A stretch of DNA of 61,626 bases, the filler included, from Chiloscyllium plagiosum (taxonomy: Eukaryota): NCBI RefSeq assembly GCF_004010195.1. It is 4 parts of one record of this genome, joined end to end, with 100 filler letters (N's around TTAATTAATTAA, not from the genome) between each part and the next. Parts side by side here need not be neighbours in the genome. Positions count along the whole stretch, not along the records: positions 14,172 to 27,650 come from NC_057713.1; positions 27,751 to 53,076 come from NC_057713.1; 2 more parts are not named here. One strand, 5' to 3'. A program made the position numbers and the translations under genes. Shown piece after piece: positions 24,590-37,222 of the stretch. Under the pieces are notes generated by a model. The model saw nothing but the letters and a program-made list of their open reading frames with translations, was not told where the DNA came from and searched no databases. The stretch's first letter is position 1. Every line of letters starts with the position of its first letter.

Positions 24590-25245
24590 CAGACATGTAC
24601 AAGGTGATCCTTACTTGAACAGGGTGGTCTTTACTTGGACAGTGTAGTCTTTACCTGGATAGGTGGTCCACACCTGGATAGTGTTGTTCTTATCTGGGCA
24701 AATTGGTCTTTAGGACAGGGTACTCCTTTCCTGAACAAGGTGGTCTTCACCTGGTCAGAGTGATATTACCTGGACAGGATGGTCTTTATCTGGACAAGGT
24801 GATTTTGCCTGGATCGGGTGGTCTTTACTTGGCCAGGGTTGTTCTCGTCTAGTTAGGATTGTTCTTATGAAAGAAAGATACACGCCTGGACATAGGGGTT
24901 GTCACCTAAACAAGGTGGTCTTCACCTAAACAAGGTGGTCTTTACTTGAATAGGGTTGCTCTTATCTGAGTAGGATGGTCCTTAGGGCAGGGTGATCCAC
25001 ACCTGGACAAGAAGTCTTCACCTGAACAGGATGATTGTTACCTGGATAGGGTGGTCCACACCTGGATAGGGTTGTTTTTACCAGGTCAGAATGGTCTTTA
25101 GGACAGGGTGATCCACACCTAGCCAGAGGGGTTCTCACCTGGACAAGGTGGTCGTTACCTGGCCAGGGCCGTTCTCCCCTGTTGGGATGGTCTTTAGGGC
25201 AGGTTTCTCCTTACCTGAACAAGGTGCTGCTTACCTGTCCAGGTG
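24590..25245. repeat. Degenerate ~20-bp minisatellite (consensus ~ttacctggacagggtggtct) upstream of GGH
   Basis: About 30 diverged units with a recurring higher-order motif (ttgttcttatctg..gatggtctttaggacagggt). Confidence 0.85.
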
Positions 25246-25249
25246 CGCT

Positions 25250-25654
25250 GGTGCGCGCTGCGCATGCCTGGGCCCCTGGCCGGTGGGCGGGGCGTGTCTC
25301 CATGGTGACCGGGTGGATGCGGGCCCCTGGGCGGTGGGCGGGGCGTGTCTCCATGGTGACCGGGTGGGTGCGGGCCCCTGGGCGGGGCGTGTCTCCATGG
25401 TGACCGGGTGGATGCGGGCCCCGGGCCGGTGGGCGGGGCGTGTCTCCATGGTGACCGGGTGGATGCGGGCCCCATGGCGGCTCCGCTCCTGATGCTGTGT
25501 GTCTCCGTGCTCTGGGAGCACTGTGTCAGCGCCCGACTCAACCAGAGACCCATCATCGGTAAGGACGCTGCTCTCCCGCCGCCTCACCCCGGAGTGGCAG
25601 TGGGACAGCCCCGGGCCCGGGACAAGGCCCCCCCACCCCCCAGGCCCGGCCCCG
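25250..25654 (+). promoter_or_regulatory. GGH CpG-island promoter/5' region: NRF1-like TGCGCATGC plus four tandem GC-box/X-box-like units
   Basis: High GC and CpG content; tgcgcatgc at ~25259; four 44-51-nt units, each with GGGCGGGGC and GTCTCCATGGTGAC, ending at the ATG. Confidence 0.7.
25474..25558 (+). CDS. GGH: Gamma-glutamyl hydrolase, coding exon 1 (signal peptide)
   Basis: ATG at 25474: MAAPLLMLCVSVLWEHCVSARLNQRPII-G|gtaagg; phase 1; the NxRPIIG motif of GGH. Confidence 0.93.
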
Positions 25655-26889
25655 NNNNNNNNNNNNNNNNNNNNNNNNNNNNNNNNNNNNNNNNNNNNNN
25701 NNNNNNNNNNNNNNNNNNNNNNNNNNNNNNNNNNNNNNNNNNNNNNNNNNNNNNNNNNNNNNNNNNNNNNNNNNNNNNNNNNNNNNNNNNNNNNNNNNNN
25801 NNNNNNNNNNNNNNNNNNNNNNNNNNNNNNNNNNNNNNNNNNNNNNNNNNNNNNNNNNNNNNNNNNNNNNNNNNNNNNNNNNNNNNNNNNNNNNNNNNNN
25901 NNNNNNNAGGCCCCGGGGTAGGGCTCGGGCCTCCCCGTCCTCCTGGGGCCTGCCCCATGGACAGCACAGAGTCCCTGGGCAGACCCACTGCTGCTCCTCA
26001 CCTTCCTTTGCTCAGACACCGTTTGTGATGTGTGTTTTGTCTGTCTGTATTTCCCGGGGAGGTGGACCTGAGAATCTCTGAGCCCACACACTTCGAGCTC
26101 AGTTGGCTGGAAGGCTGTTCTGGGGAGGGGTCACTCCACCTGAAGCTTACTCTCCTCCGACTCCACCAGACCCTGCTGAGCTTTCCCAGTTGGCTGGACG
26201 GCGGGTCTGTGATGTCGACAGTTTGTGGGTTCAATTCCTGCGCAGGCTGAGGTCACCGCGAAGAGCTCCCCTTCCCCCCCCCTTCCCCCCCCCCCCGAGG
26301 CACACTGACCCTCAGGTTAAACCACCACCAATTGTGTGTGAGGTTAGGATGCCGGGACGGATAGAGATGTCAGGTCCCAGAGGTCAAGGGAGAGGTGGGA
26401 TGGGCCGGTGGTGTCTGGTAGCAGTGGGTGTGAAGCAGCCGGGTGGTTCCAGGTCCTGCTAGGGTGGGGGTTGCTGTGGTCGGGGAGGTGTGTCAGATCC
26501 AAGGGGAAGAAGTGGGGGAGTGATGGAACCTGTGGGAGGAAGCTGACGTTGGAGTACATGCCAGATGGAGTAGGGTCAGGGTCTGGAGGCTGTCAGAGAG
26601 CTGAGGGAGGAATAGTTGGGATATGGTCAGGTTTTTGGTTGTCAGATGTTCGATTTGATCCAGCTTTCCTTAAATAACAATTTACGTACTTGCTGCAGTT
26701 ATAAATGTTATAAATTCTCTGATTTAAATGTATGTTTTCTGAGGGTTCCAGGTGAATTACCAAGCAGAATCTTCAATTTCTCAGGCAATTTCCTCAGGCT
26801 CTCCAGAAAACAGAAGGGGAAAATCAAATTTGTAAAATGGATCTTTATAAATTGTGTGTTCAAAATTGAGTTTTGCAGAAGTGATCCTG

Positions 26890-28370
26890 TATAGAACATA
26901 GAATGTTACAGCGCAGTACAGGCCCTTTGGCCCTCGATGTTGCGCTGACCTGGAGAACCAATCTGAAGCCTACCTATCCTATACTATTCCAGTTTCATCC
27001 ATATGTCTATCCAATGACCATTTAAATGTCCTTAAAGTTAGCGAGTCTACTACTGTTGCAGACAGTGCGTTCCAAGCCGCTACTACCCTGAGTAATGAAA
27101 CTACCTCTGACATCTGTCGGATATCTATCACCCCTCAATTTTAAAGCTATGTCCCCTTGTGCTAGCCATCACCATCAGAGGAAAAAGGCTCTCACTGTCC
27201 GCCCTATCTAACTCTTTGATGATTTTATATGTCTCAATTAAATCACCCCTCAACCTTCTCTCTAACAAAAACAACCTCCCGTCCCTCAGCCTTTCCTCAT
27301 AAGACCTTTCCTCCAAACCAGGCAACCTCCTAGTAAATCTCCTCTGAACCCTTTCCAAACCTTCCACATCCTTCCAATAATGTGGTGACCAGAACTGTAC
27401 ACAATACTCCAAATAATATTGTGCCAAGTTTTGTACAGCTGCAGCGTGACCTCATGGCTCCGAAACTCAATCCCTCTACCAATAAAAGCAAACACACCGT
27501 ATGCCTTCTTAACAAGGTAAAAACAACGACTGCAGATGCTGGAAACCAGATTCTGGAGGAGAGTGGTGCTGGAAAAGCACAGCAGTTCAGGCAGCATCTG
27601 AGGAGCAGTAAAATCGATGTTTCGGGCAAAAGCCCTTCATCAGGAATACANNNNNNNNNNNNNNNNNNNNNNNNNNNNNNNNNNNNNNNNNNNNTTAATT
27701 AATTAANNNNNNNNNNNNNNNNNNNNNNNNNNNNNNNNNNNNNNNNNNNNATGATGGGGGGTGGGGTCATGGTCGAGGGGGTGGTAGGAGGAGGTGTCCT
27801 CGAGTTGGCGTCTGGCTTCAGCGGTGTAGAGTTCAGTCTGCCAGACTACCACTGCGCCCCCTTCATCTGCTGCTGAAATTGGGGTTGGAGTGGAGGGCTG
27901 TGCGTTTTGAGGGTGAGAGGTTGGAGTGGGGAGGGGGTAGACAGGTTGAGGCGGTTAATGTCTCGGCGGCAGTTGGAAATGAAGAGGTCGAGGGCAGGTA
28001 ATAGGCCAGCACGGGGTGTCCAGCCTTCTTAACAACCCTATCAACCTGGGTTACAACTTTCAGGGATCTATATTCATAGACACCAAGATCTCTCTGCTCA
28101 TCTACACTATCAAGAGTCTTACTATTAGCCCAGTACTCTTTATGACTGTTGCTCCTTCCAAACTTTATCACCTCACTTTTCTGCATTAAACTCCATTTGC
28201 CACCTCTCAACCCAGCTCTGCAGCTTATCTGTGTCCCTCTCTAACCTGCAACATCTGTCAGCACTATTCACAACTCCACTGATCTTAGTGTCATCTGCAA
28301 ATTTACTAACCCATCCTTCTATGTCCTCATCCAGGTCATTTATAAAAATGACAAATAGCAATGGCCCCAA
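26890..28370 (-). mobile_element. CR1 RT 3' half, split by a Penelope-like insertion
   Basis: LEYCVQFWSPHY..LERVQRRFTR and GPLLFVIFINDLD..SKFADDTK. Confidence 0.88.
27516..28022 (-). mobile_element. Penelope-like (Neptune-type) insertion with 13-bp TSD; contains a spacer gap
   Basis: gccttcttaacaa at 27503-27515 and 28023-28035; minus-strand ADEGGAVVVWQTELY (PADKGG-type motif); hammerhead-like tail at ~27616-27644. Confidence 0.75.
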
Positions 28371-28466
28371 AAAGTATGTTGTATGCCTGAATGGAATATT
28401 TAATTGTAAATCAGAAAGTCTTGTTTTTCAAATAGCTGTTTTTATTTTCCACTGACATCTGCATCA

Positions 28467-29536
28467 TCAGGTTGTAAGTTTGCTTGCTGAGCTGGTCGAT
28501 TTGTTCTGAGACGTTTGTCACCAGGCGAGGTAACCTCATCAGTGAGCCTCCGATGAAGCGCTGCTGTTCTGTCCCACTTGCTATTTATCTGTCTTGGTCT
28601 GTTGTGGTGGGTGATATCACTTCTGGTTCTTTTTCTGAGAGGTTGGTAGTTGGGGTCCAAATTGATATGTTTGTTAATGGAGTTCCGGTTTGAACGCCAG
28701 GATTTTAGGAATTCCTGTGTGTGCATTTGTTTAGCCTGCCCCAAGATGGATGTATTGTCCTAGTCGAATTGATGTCCCTCTTCGTCTGTGAGTATGAATA
28801 CTAGTGGTAGTTTGTCATGCCTTTTGGTGGCTAGTTGGTGCTCCTGTATCCTGATAGCTTGTTTCCTCACTGTCTGTCCAGTATAATGTTTGTTTCAGTC
28901 CTTGCAGGGTGTTTTGTATGTGACATTCATTCTGCTGGTTGTTGGTACAGGATACTTTAAATTCATCAGGAGCTGTTTCAGGGTGGTGGTGGGTTTGCAT
29001 GGTACCTTGATGCCTATGGCCGGAGTAGTCTGGTTGTCATCTTCGCAATGTCTTTAATATATGGCAGGGTGGCTAGAGTCTCTTGGCGTGCTTGTCTTGT
29101 TTAGGTCTGTTGTATAGGAATCAGTGGACTGCGCTTATCGGGTACCCGTTGTTCCTGAATACAGATGTTTTTCCTCAGCTTCTCATAGTTCCTGCAGTGC
29201 TGCTGTGTGTTGTGGCTCGTTTAAATAATGTCCTGTTTGTGGGTGTTGGGATGATTGCTCCTGTAGTTGAATATCTGGTCAGTGTGTGTGGCTTTCCTGT
29301 AAATGTTGGTCTGCAGCTCTCCATTGGCTTTGTGTTCTATTGTGACATCTGGGGAAGGTGAGTCTGTTGTTGTTCTCTTCCTCTTTGGTGAACTTTATAC
29401 CGGTAATGTTGTTTGTGGTTGTGGATTTCTTCGAATTTGTTGTGTTTTGCGATGACAAAGGTGTCATCCACATAGTGGACTGAAAGGGCTGGCTCATGAG
29501 AAGGGCTGTTTGTTCTAACCTCAGCATAATTGCGTT
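28467..29536 (-). mobile_element. Penelope-like element (Poseidon-type), decayed RT C-terminus + GIY-YIG endonuclease
   Basis: YVDDTFVI, GIKFTKEEENNNRL, NVIYKIPCKD..YTGQT..IQEH, FLKSW..SINKHINLDPNY; tail ctgatgaggttacc..ggtgac-aaacgtc. Confidence 0.85.
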
Positions 29537-29539
29537 GTA

Positions 29540-29752
29540 CTGGAAAAACACAGCAGATCAGACAGCATCTGAAGAGCAGGAGAGTTGACGTTTCAGGCAA
29601 AAGCCTTTCATCAAGAATGCCTGATTCCTGATGAAGGGCTTATGTTATGCCAGACGTATCTCCTCCTCCTCGGATGCTGCCCGAACTGCTGTGCCTTTCC
29701 AGTGCCACACTTTTCAACACGGATCTCCAGCACCTGCAGTCCTCACTTTCTC
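29540..29752. mobile_element. Inverted pair of Penelope-like tail units (hairpin)
   Basis: Reverse unit ending ..gcctttcatcaag followed by a forward unit cctgatgaagggctt..gatgctgcc..ctcactttctc. Confidence 0.7.
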
Positions 29753-30999
29753 TTTGAGAGGTCCATCAGCGTGAATGAGTGGTGGAGCAGACTTGATGGG
29801 CTGAATGCCCTAATTCTGCTCCAACATCCTCTGTTCTTATGGTCTTCTCCACCTGAAACAAGCTGGCTATAAACCCATCACCAACCTCCTACCACAAGGT
29901 CCAACGCCTCCCTTCTCCCCTGGGACCTGACACCACTGTGGAACACAACAACCCCACCCAGTCAGTAGCTGACCCAACCCTGCTGCTGGGCTCAACAAAC
30001 CTTGTTCCACCCCCTCCACTCCCCCCCCCCCNNCCACTCCCCCCCCCCCCCCCCCCCCCCCAACCCTCCTGGCCTCCTACCACTCTGGCACCCTAACCTC
30101 ACATTGCGTTATGTATTTCCCGCCTCACAGGAGCTATCAACATAACCATTTGTGATAAGCATGAATGATAACGTATTCATTTTGACAGTAACTGCAGATA
30201 CGTTTATACAACTCAAGAAGCTGTTTCTTCATGGTAGGTGCGAGGTCAGCAAGAAATGGTTTCACCATCTGACACTCCCTCATATAACTCCGATGTCCTG
30301 ATTCTGGGCTGCCCTCAAAATTACATGCATGTCCAGATTCAAGTTAGTGGTTGAGAGAGTGGAAGCAAGTGAAAATTCTTTTTATCGTCGCTGATTTCTT
30401 GTTGTTCTACCTGACCAGGTTACCCATTTTGGTTGTCTAAAAGGGCAAAGGCACAAAGAGGATGGGGAGAAGGAAGAGATGCATGCTCATACCATCTGTA
30501 GCTTCTAAATCCAAAAAAAAGGAAATATATGCAAAGGGAAGGTAGATTAGGTATGGTCATCCTCGATGTTTCAGCCCAATGGTAGTCACAGCCTTAGCAA
30601 CAGCCATCCCACGTTGACACTGATTGTAAATGAGTGATAGGAGGGTACGGTGAATTGAACAGTGTCGGAGGCTAATAGTACAGTTGTATTTGAAAACGCA
30701 TCCAATGACCTTGGTCACTTCTCGAAGCACTGCTTCTACGTCTGGCATTGACACCTCATGGTCATCTCCAACCATGCCTTCAAACCATGTGTTTAGAGGG
30801 CCATTTGTCCCTGAGTGGATGAGGGACATTCTCCTCCTTAAGCTTGCTGAAGAAAATACTATCATCTTTTAAAAAAAAACTTAGACCCTCCACACTCCAA
30901 TGTTATGCCACACTTCAATGTTTCTCAAGTCTGTCACTTCTCGGTGGCTCCCTTACACTTCCTCCAACCACAGTCCAGCACCCCTTTAATAAGGTACTG

Positions 31000-32645
31000 G
31001 CTAGTCATAGAGACATACAGCATGGGAACAGCCCCTTCGCTCCAACTCATTCCAACCCAATCTAGTCCCACCTGCCAGCACCTGGTCCATTTCCCTCCAA
31101 ACCCTTCCTATTCGTATACTTATCCAGATGCCTTTTAAATGTTGCAATTGTACCAGCCTCCACCACTTCCTCTGGCAGCCCATTCCACACATGCACCACC
31201 CTCTGCATGAAAAAGTTGCCCCTTGGGTCTCTCTTGTATCTTTCCCCTCTCACCCTAAACCTCTACCCTCTAGTCTGGACTCCCCCACCCCAGGGAAAAG
31301 ACCTTGTCTATTTACCCAATCCATGCCCCTCATGATTTTATAAACCTCTATAAAGTTACCCATCAGCCTGCGTGCTCCAGGGAAAACAGCCCCAGCCTGT
31401 TAAGCCTCTCCCTATAGCTCAAATCCTCCAACCCTGGCAACATCCTTGTAAATCTTTTCTGAACCCTTTCAAGTTTCACAATATCCTTCCGATAGGAAGG
31501 AGACCAGAATTGCACGCAGTATTCCAGAAGTGGCCTAACCAATGTCCTGTACAGCCGCACCATGACCTCCCAACTCTTATGCTCAGTATTCTGACCAATA
31601 AAGGAAAGCATACCAAATGGGTTCTTCACTATCCTACCTACCTGCGACTCCACTTTCAAGGAGCTATGAACCTGCACTCCAAGGTCTCTTTGTTCAGCAA
31701 CACTCCCTGGGACCTTACCATTAAATGTGTAAGTCCTGCTAAGATTTGCTTTCCCAAAATGCAGCACCTCACATTTATCTGAATTAAACTCCATCTGCTA
31801 GTTCTTAGCCCATTGGCCCATCTGATCAAGATCCTGTTGTAATCTGAGGTAACCTTCTTCGCTGTCCACTACACCTCCAATTTTGGTGTCATCTGCAAAC
31901 TTACTAACTGTACATCTTATGCTCGCATCCAAATCATTTATATAAATGATGAAAAGTAGTGCACCCAGCACCGATCCTTGTGGCACTCCACTGGTCACAG
32001 GCCTCCAGTCTGAAAAACAACCCTCCACCATCACCCTCTGTCTTCTACCTATGAGCCAGTTCTGTATCCAAATGGCTAGTTCTCCCTGTATTCTATGAGA
32101 TCTAACCTTGCTAACCAACCTCCCATGGGGAGCCTTGTCAAACGCCTTACTGAAGTCCATATAGATCACTTCTACCCTCATCAATCCTCTTTGTTACTTC
32201 TTCAAAAAATTCAATCAAGTTTGTGAGACATGATTTCCCACGCACAAAACCATGTTGACTATCCCTAATCAGTTCTTGCCTTTCCAATTAAATGTACCTC
32301 CTGTCTCTCAGGATTCCTTCCACCACTGACATCAGGCTGACTGGTCTATAGTTCCCTGGCTTGTCCTTACCACCTTTCTTAAATAATGGCACCATGTTAG
32401 CCAACCTCCAGTCTTCCAGCACCTCACCTGTGACTATCGATGATACAAATATCTCAGCAAGAGGCCCAGCAATCACTTCCCTATCTTCCCACAGAGTTTT
32501 AGGGTTAACCTGATCAGGTCCTGGGGATTTATCCACTTTTATGCATTTCAAGACATCCAGCACTTCCTCCTCTGTAATATGGAAACTTTTCAAGATGTCA
32601 CAATCTATTTCTCTACATTCTAAATCTTCCATGCCCTTTTCACAG
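31000..32645 (-). mobile_element. CR1/HER1 LINE, RT region and 3' end
   Basis: KSPGPD..GNYRPVSL, YMDFSKAFDK..GVPQGSVLG..SKFADDTK, MEFNSDKCEVLHFG..LEYCVQFWSP. Confidence 0.95.
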
Positions 32646-34775
32646 CTAGTTTTAAACAGTACCAGCTAACTTTAATCAGGCTTGTCTGTCACTATTGTGG
32701 TGTTTTGCTATTTTCAGCAAATCCAAAGCATGGTTGACTCTAGCTGGCTGCATGCTGAAATCATTGGACGTGGCGTGCTGTTACATTGCAAGCAATGGAT
32801 GCAGCTAAATAGCGTATCACAATTCCTTGCCCATTTTTAGGGCTATTAAATGTAGCCTGTAAAGGAGTTATATGCAGCATAATTAGGGATATAATGGTGC
32901 TACCCAGACTTATCTCTGTTCTTTGGGACAAGGCAATGCAGTTGCGTGCATGTCGTTGTCTCTGTTCTGCAGCCAGAAATGTAAAAATTGTAAGGCAGAA
33001 TTCCAAAATTGCAGGTCCTGGTCTTGCTTGCATTGTCCACACTTAAAAATAGGAGTGTGAACCTGCAAGAGGGGCTCACCTGGAAAGACTCTGAAAGTAA
33101 CTGGGAGTGCTTTTAAAAGTGTTTTGGCACACTTATTAGAAAGTGTTGGCCACAATTTCTTAGAAATGCCACACGACTAAGTGACCTGTGCACAAAAAAA
33201 CTACCTGTAGCAAGAATGAGCGCAGCAGTGACATTGCCTCTGGATCAACAGCACCACAGGAAGGTGGAGCTCAGGCTGTGAGGAGGGCAAGTTGTGCACT
33301 GTGCCCTCTATCAGCTTTGGGTTGGACTCCTCCAGACTCCTGAACAGAGACAGGAGGCTGCCTGGCAGACTGCCCATTGCACCCCTCAATTTCTTCTGCA
33401 GGACAGTCATTTAGCCATGTGGCATAAGGCAGCCAGTTGTCAAGCAGTTGTTAAAACTGTTTACGTATCTTTAACTCCATCTTTCCAGAGATGGCTAATT
33501 GTTTTCAATTCCTTTATAACAGTTTGCCTCTTTTATCTCAGAGTTAATGCTGATTCTTTCAATCCCAGCCAAGTTATTAAGGTTCTGAAGTTTATATTGA
33601 CACAATGTATTGTCCTGTAGAGCACTTTATTAATCAAATTGATTACTTGCTGCTGTCAGACAGTTAACTGTTGCTGGTGGTGACTCAGTACTGGCATGAT
33701 TTCCTGAAAAGGTGGAATAAAACCTGTTGGCTGAATTTCCATTAGTTCTGCCTTCAAGCCCATTTCCTCACAGTCAGGAAGTTTCATCCAATATTTACGG
33801 ATCATGCTAGTGCTGTTAAATAGTGAAGGTTAGTGGTACTCAAATCGTTCTGATGGCTACGTCTACCATTTTTGTGCCAGGTGGAAGGAGGCTGTTCTCC
33901 TCCAGAAGATTCAGAGGCAGTAAACCACCAATCCCAACTCGGATGAGCACAGTGGCTCATGTGACTCAGTATATCACAAGGAGTCGCTGTTGACATCTGC
34001 ATCTTCGTGGTGTAGGACTGTCCTCCCAGTGAAGCAGGTGGGCACATATTGCCAGTCGCTGGTGTCCCACAACACTGCATCCCTGACTCCTGACAACTTG
34101 TCTGATCACTTCTCCTCCAGGAAAGAAGGCAGAGAGGTGGAACTGTTAAGAACGGCATGTTTTCAGAACAGTAAAGACAACATTTAGGTACGGTGATCAC
34201 GATGTGTTGTACAGGAGAACACTGAGAGTCAAACACCTAAAAGTGACAGGTCACTCACCTGTCATGACTTCTTGACGTCTCAGATCTTCCTAGCCTGTTG
34301 TCTCCATGTCAGAGAGGCCACACTGCTGCAGATCACTTTCTTAGCATCTTCCTCCCAAATCTCATGGGGTCATACAGCACAGAAACAGGCCCTTTGTCTA
34401 TGCAGATCATGTTCCTGAACTGAATAGTCTCATTTGCCTGCGTTTGGCCTATAAATAAACCGTTCCTATCCATGTACCTGTGCAAATGTCTTTTAAATGT
34501 TGTAACTGTAACATGATGTGAGATTGGGTGGTGCAGGCATTGTTGATGATGAGCTGACTCCGGACTGATGGACTCTTTAAGCGATATCTTTCTTTTTTTT
34601 TCTCTTATTCTTAAAACTACTCAAAATAGATCCAGATTGTGGCAACAGTGGAAAAGATTTGCACTGTACTTTACTGTTTTTCTCACTGTAAAAGACGTGA
34701 TAATAAAATTATTCATTCAACTCCTGTCCTCAGTACTCTGACCGATGAAAGCAAGTGGATCAAATGCCTCCTTCA

Positions 34776-35858
34776 TTCTCCCAAAGGGCTGTGAATCTGT
34801 GGAATGCTGGGACAGTGAATAAATTTAAGGAGGAGTTAGACAGATTTTTAATTGGTAATGGGTTGAAGGGTTATGGGGAGAAGGCAGGAAAATGGGAATG
34901 AGAAGCATATCAGCCATGATCAAATGGCGAAACAGACTCAATGGGCTGAATAGCCTAATGATGCCCCTACAGCTTACAAACTTATGTTATACCTCCGACA
35001 AAGGGTTAGTTAGACTCGAAATGTCAGCTCTTTTCTCTCCTTACAGATGCTGCCAGACCTGCTGAGATTTTCCAGCATTTTCGCTTTTGGTTTCAGATTC
35101 CAGCATCCAGAGTAATTTGCTTTTATTTTTGCCACCTCCATTGCCAGGTCTACCTGTAACACCACTTTCAAAGAACTATGCACCTGCACCCGTAGATGTC
35201 TCTATTCAACAACACTGTAGAATGATGGGGGAAACGCCTGGCAGCATCTGTGGAGAAAGAAATAGAGTTTATATTTTGAGTCTGGTATGATTCTTAAGAA
35301 CTATTCATCGTTTATGATGAAAAGTCAGACCAGACCTGAAACATTAACTCTGTTTCTTTCTCCACAGATACTGTCAGACCTTGAGTTTCTCCAGTTTACT
35401 CTGTGCTTCTTTCACATTTCTCGGATCAGCAGTATTTTACCTTTAATCAACCATGCCTACTCAGTTAAAGGTACAACCTTCCTTTCAGCTCTTAGGAGAA
35501 CTCACTTCACTGCAACCCATCCTCTCTCTTGGATAAAACCCCTGATAAGCATTGAAGAGCTGGGGATGAGTTGTCCCATGTTTCCTTACCGTTGCTGTGG
35601 GTGCTACACCTTAAGTCTGAATTCTGGTGAGGCTCTCGGAGGTATAACATAAGTTTGTAAGCTGTAGGGGCATCATTAGGCTATTCAGCCCATTGAGTCT
35701 GTTTCGCCATTTGATCATGGCTGATATGCTTCTCACCCCCATTTTCCTGCCTTCTCCCCATAACCCTTCAACCCATTACCATTTAAAAGTCTGTCTAACT
35801 CCTCTTTAAATTCATTTACTGTCCCAGCATTTCACAGATTCACAGCCCTTTGGGAGAA
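34776..35858. repeat. ~223-bp inverted duplication (34776-34998 / 35636-35858) of a CR1 3' end plus flank
   Basis: Arms are near-identical reverse complements, including tatacctccga beyond the LINE tail. Confidence 0.9.
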
Positions 35859-36914
35859 ATAGTTTCTCCTCAACTCTGTTTTAAATTTGCTACCCCCTTA
35901 TCCTAAAACTGTGACCTCTCGTCCTAGAATGCCCCACAATAGGAAGCTTCTACTCCATGTCAATTTTATCCATACCTTTTATCACCTTGAATATCTTAAT
36001 TTGATCTTTTTTTTTTCTTCTAAATTCCAGAGAGTAAAGGCCTAAATTGTTCAATCTCTCTTCATATGACAAACCCTTCATCTCTGGGATCAATCTAGTG
36101 AACTTTCTCTGAACTGCCTCCGATGCCACTACATCTTTCCTCAAATAAGGGGACCAAAACTGTGCAACATGATCTTTTTAATTTGAAAACCTTCCTTTAC
36201 AAAGTGGCCTGTTCATGCTTGTTCTCTCTAATTAGTCAAGAAGACCAGAGAGAGGCTCTTAGTTGGATTGCTCTGGTAAAGAGCGGTTCGGAGACCTACT
36301 ACTCCAGCAACTGGATTTGTCACCCAAAAATAGATGCATCAGCAGTCGCTTTAAATTGCCTAATTATTCATTAAGTCTCAGCATTGCTGAAGAGATGTGT
36401 TTGGACATGATTAATACCCTTGAATATTAACTTCCAATAATTTTGGCAGGCAGCGACTTATGAAAAGAAAATTGGTTCACAAGGTTGCACCTTTTCAAAT
36501 TGGAACAAATTTGGATAATGTAGACTGTTAGCTTCTCTTTGTGCAAGGTACCAAGTCTCCAGCTTACACAAGATCAAACATGAAGCAAAACCTTCAAACG
36601 TTCAGTCACTTTGAGCAGAAAAATGGTTTGTGAATTGTAAAAACTAGTTCACTATAGCACAGTATTTTTGAGCATGCAAACGTGATAATGACTTTGATAG
36701 TTTATTTTGATGGACATGATTGCAAAATTATCAAAGCCCTTCGATAAAGCTTCTTTTCTGAAGCACTGTGAGGTAGATCTGCCCAAAATTAGTGCCTTTG
36801 CCAACATTTATGGAACAAAATAATAAATACTGGCAGGTCTGTTCAAGGATGTTCCAGAGCAATCCATTGAAAATACTTCATTTCAACTCTATGACAAAGT
36901 GCAAGTTGTGTATG

Positions 36915-37222
36915 ATTAGATTACTTACAGTGTGGAAACCGGCCCTTTGGCCCAACAAGTCCACACCGCCCCGCCGAAGCGCAACCCACCCATACCTGTA
37001 CATTTACCCCTTACCTAATACTAGGGGCAATTTAGCATGGGCAATTCACCTGACCTGCACATCTTTGGACTGTGGGAGGAAACCGGAGCACCCGGAGGAA
37101 ACCCACGCAGACACGGGGAGAACGTGCAAACTCCACACAGTCAGTCGCCTGAGGCGGGAATTGAACCCAGGTCTCAGGCGCTGTGAGGCAGCAGTGCTAA
37201 CCACTATGCCACCGTGCCGCCC
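36915..37222 (-). mobile_element. HE1/V-SINE-like SINE
   Basis: Full reverse copy ending ..ccaccgtgccgccc at the gap edge. Confidence 0.9.

Noticed and set aside
22983..25473. Repeat arrays as possible CRISPR arrays or repetitive proteins
   Set aside because: No unique spacers, vertebrate context and no cas genes; the ORFs open in all frames are by-products of GC-rich tandem repeats.
30010..30062. Poly-C tract
   Set aside because: Low-complexity run containing Ns; probably unreliable sequence.
33201..33410. ORF ..LPGSLLSLFRSLEES.., possibly a Harbinger-associated Myb/SANT remnant
   Set aside because: Too short and decayed; no transposase motifs or TIRs found to support it.
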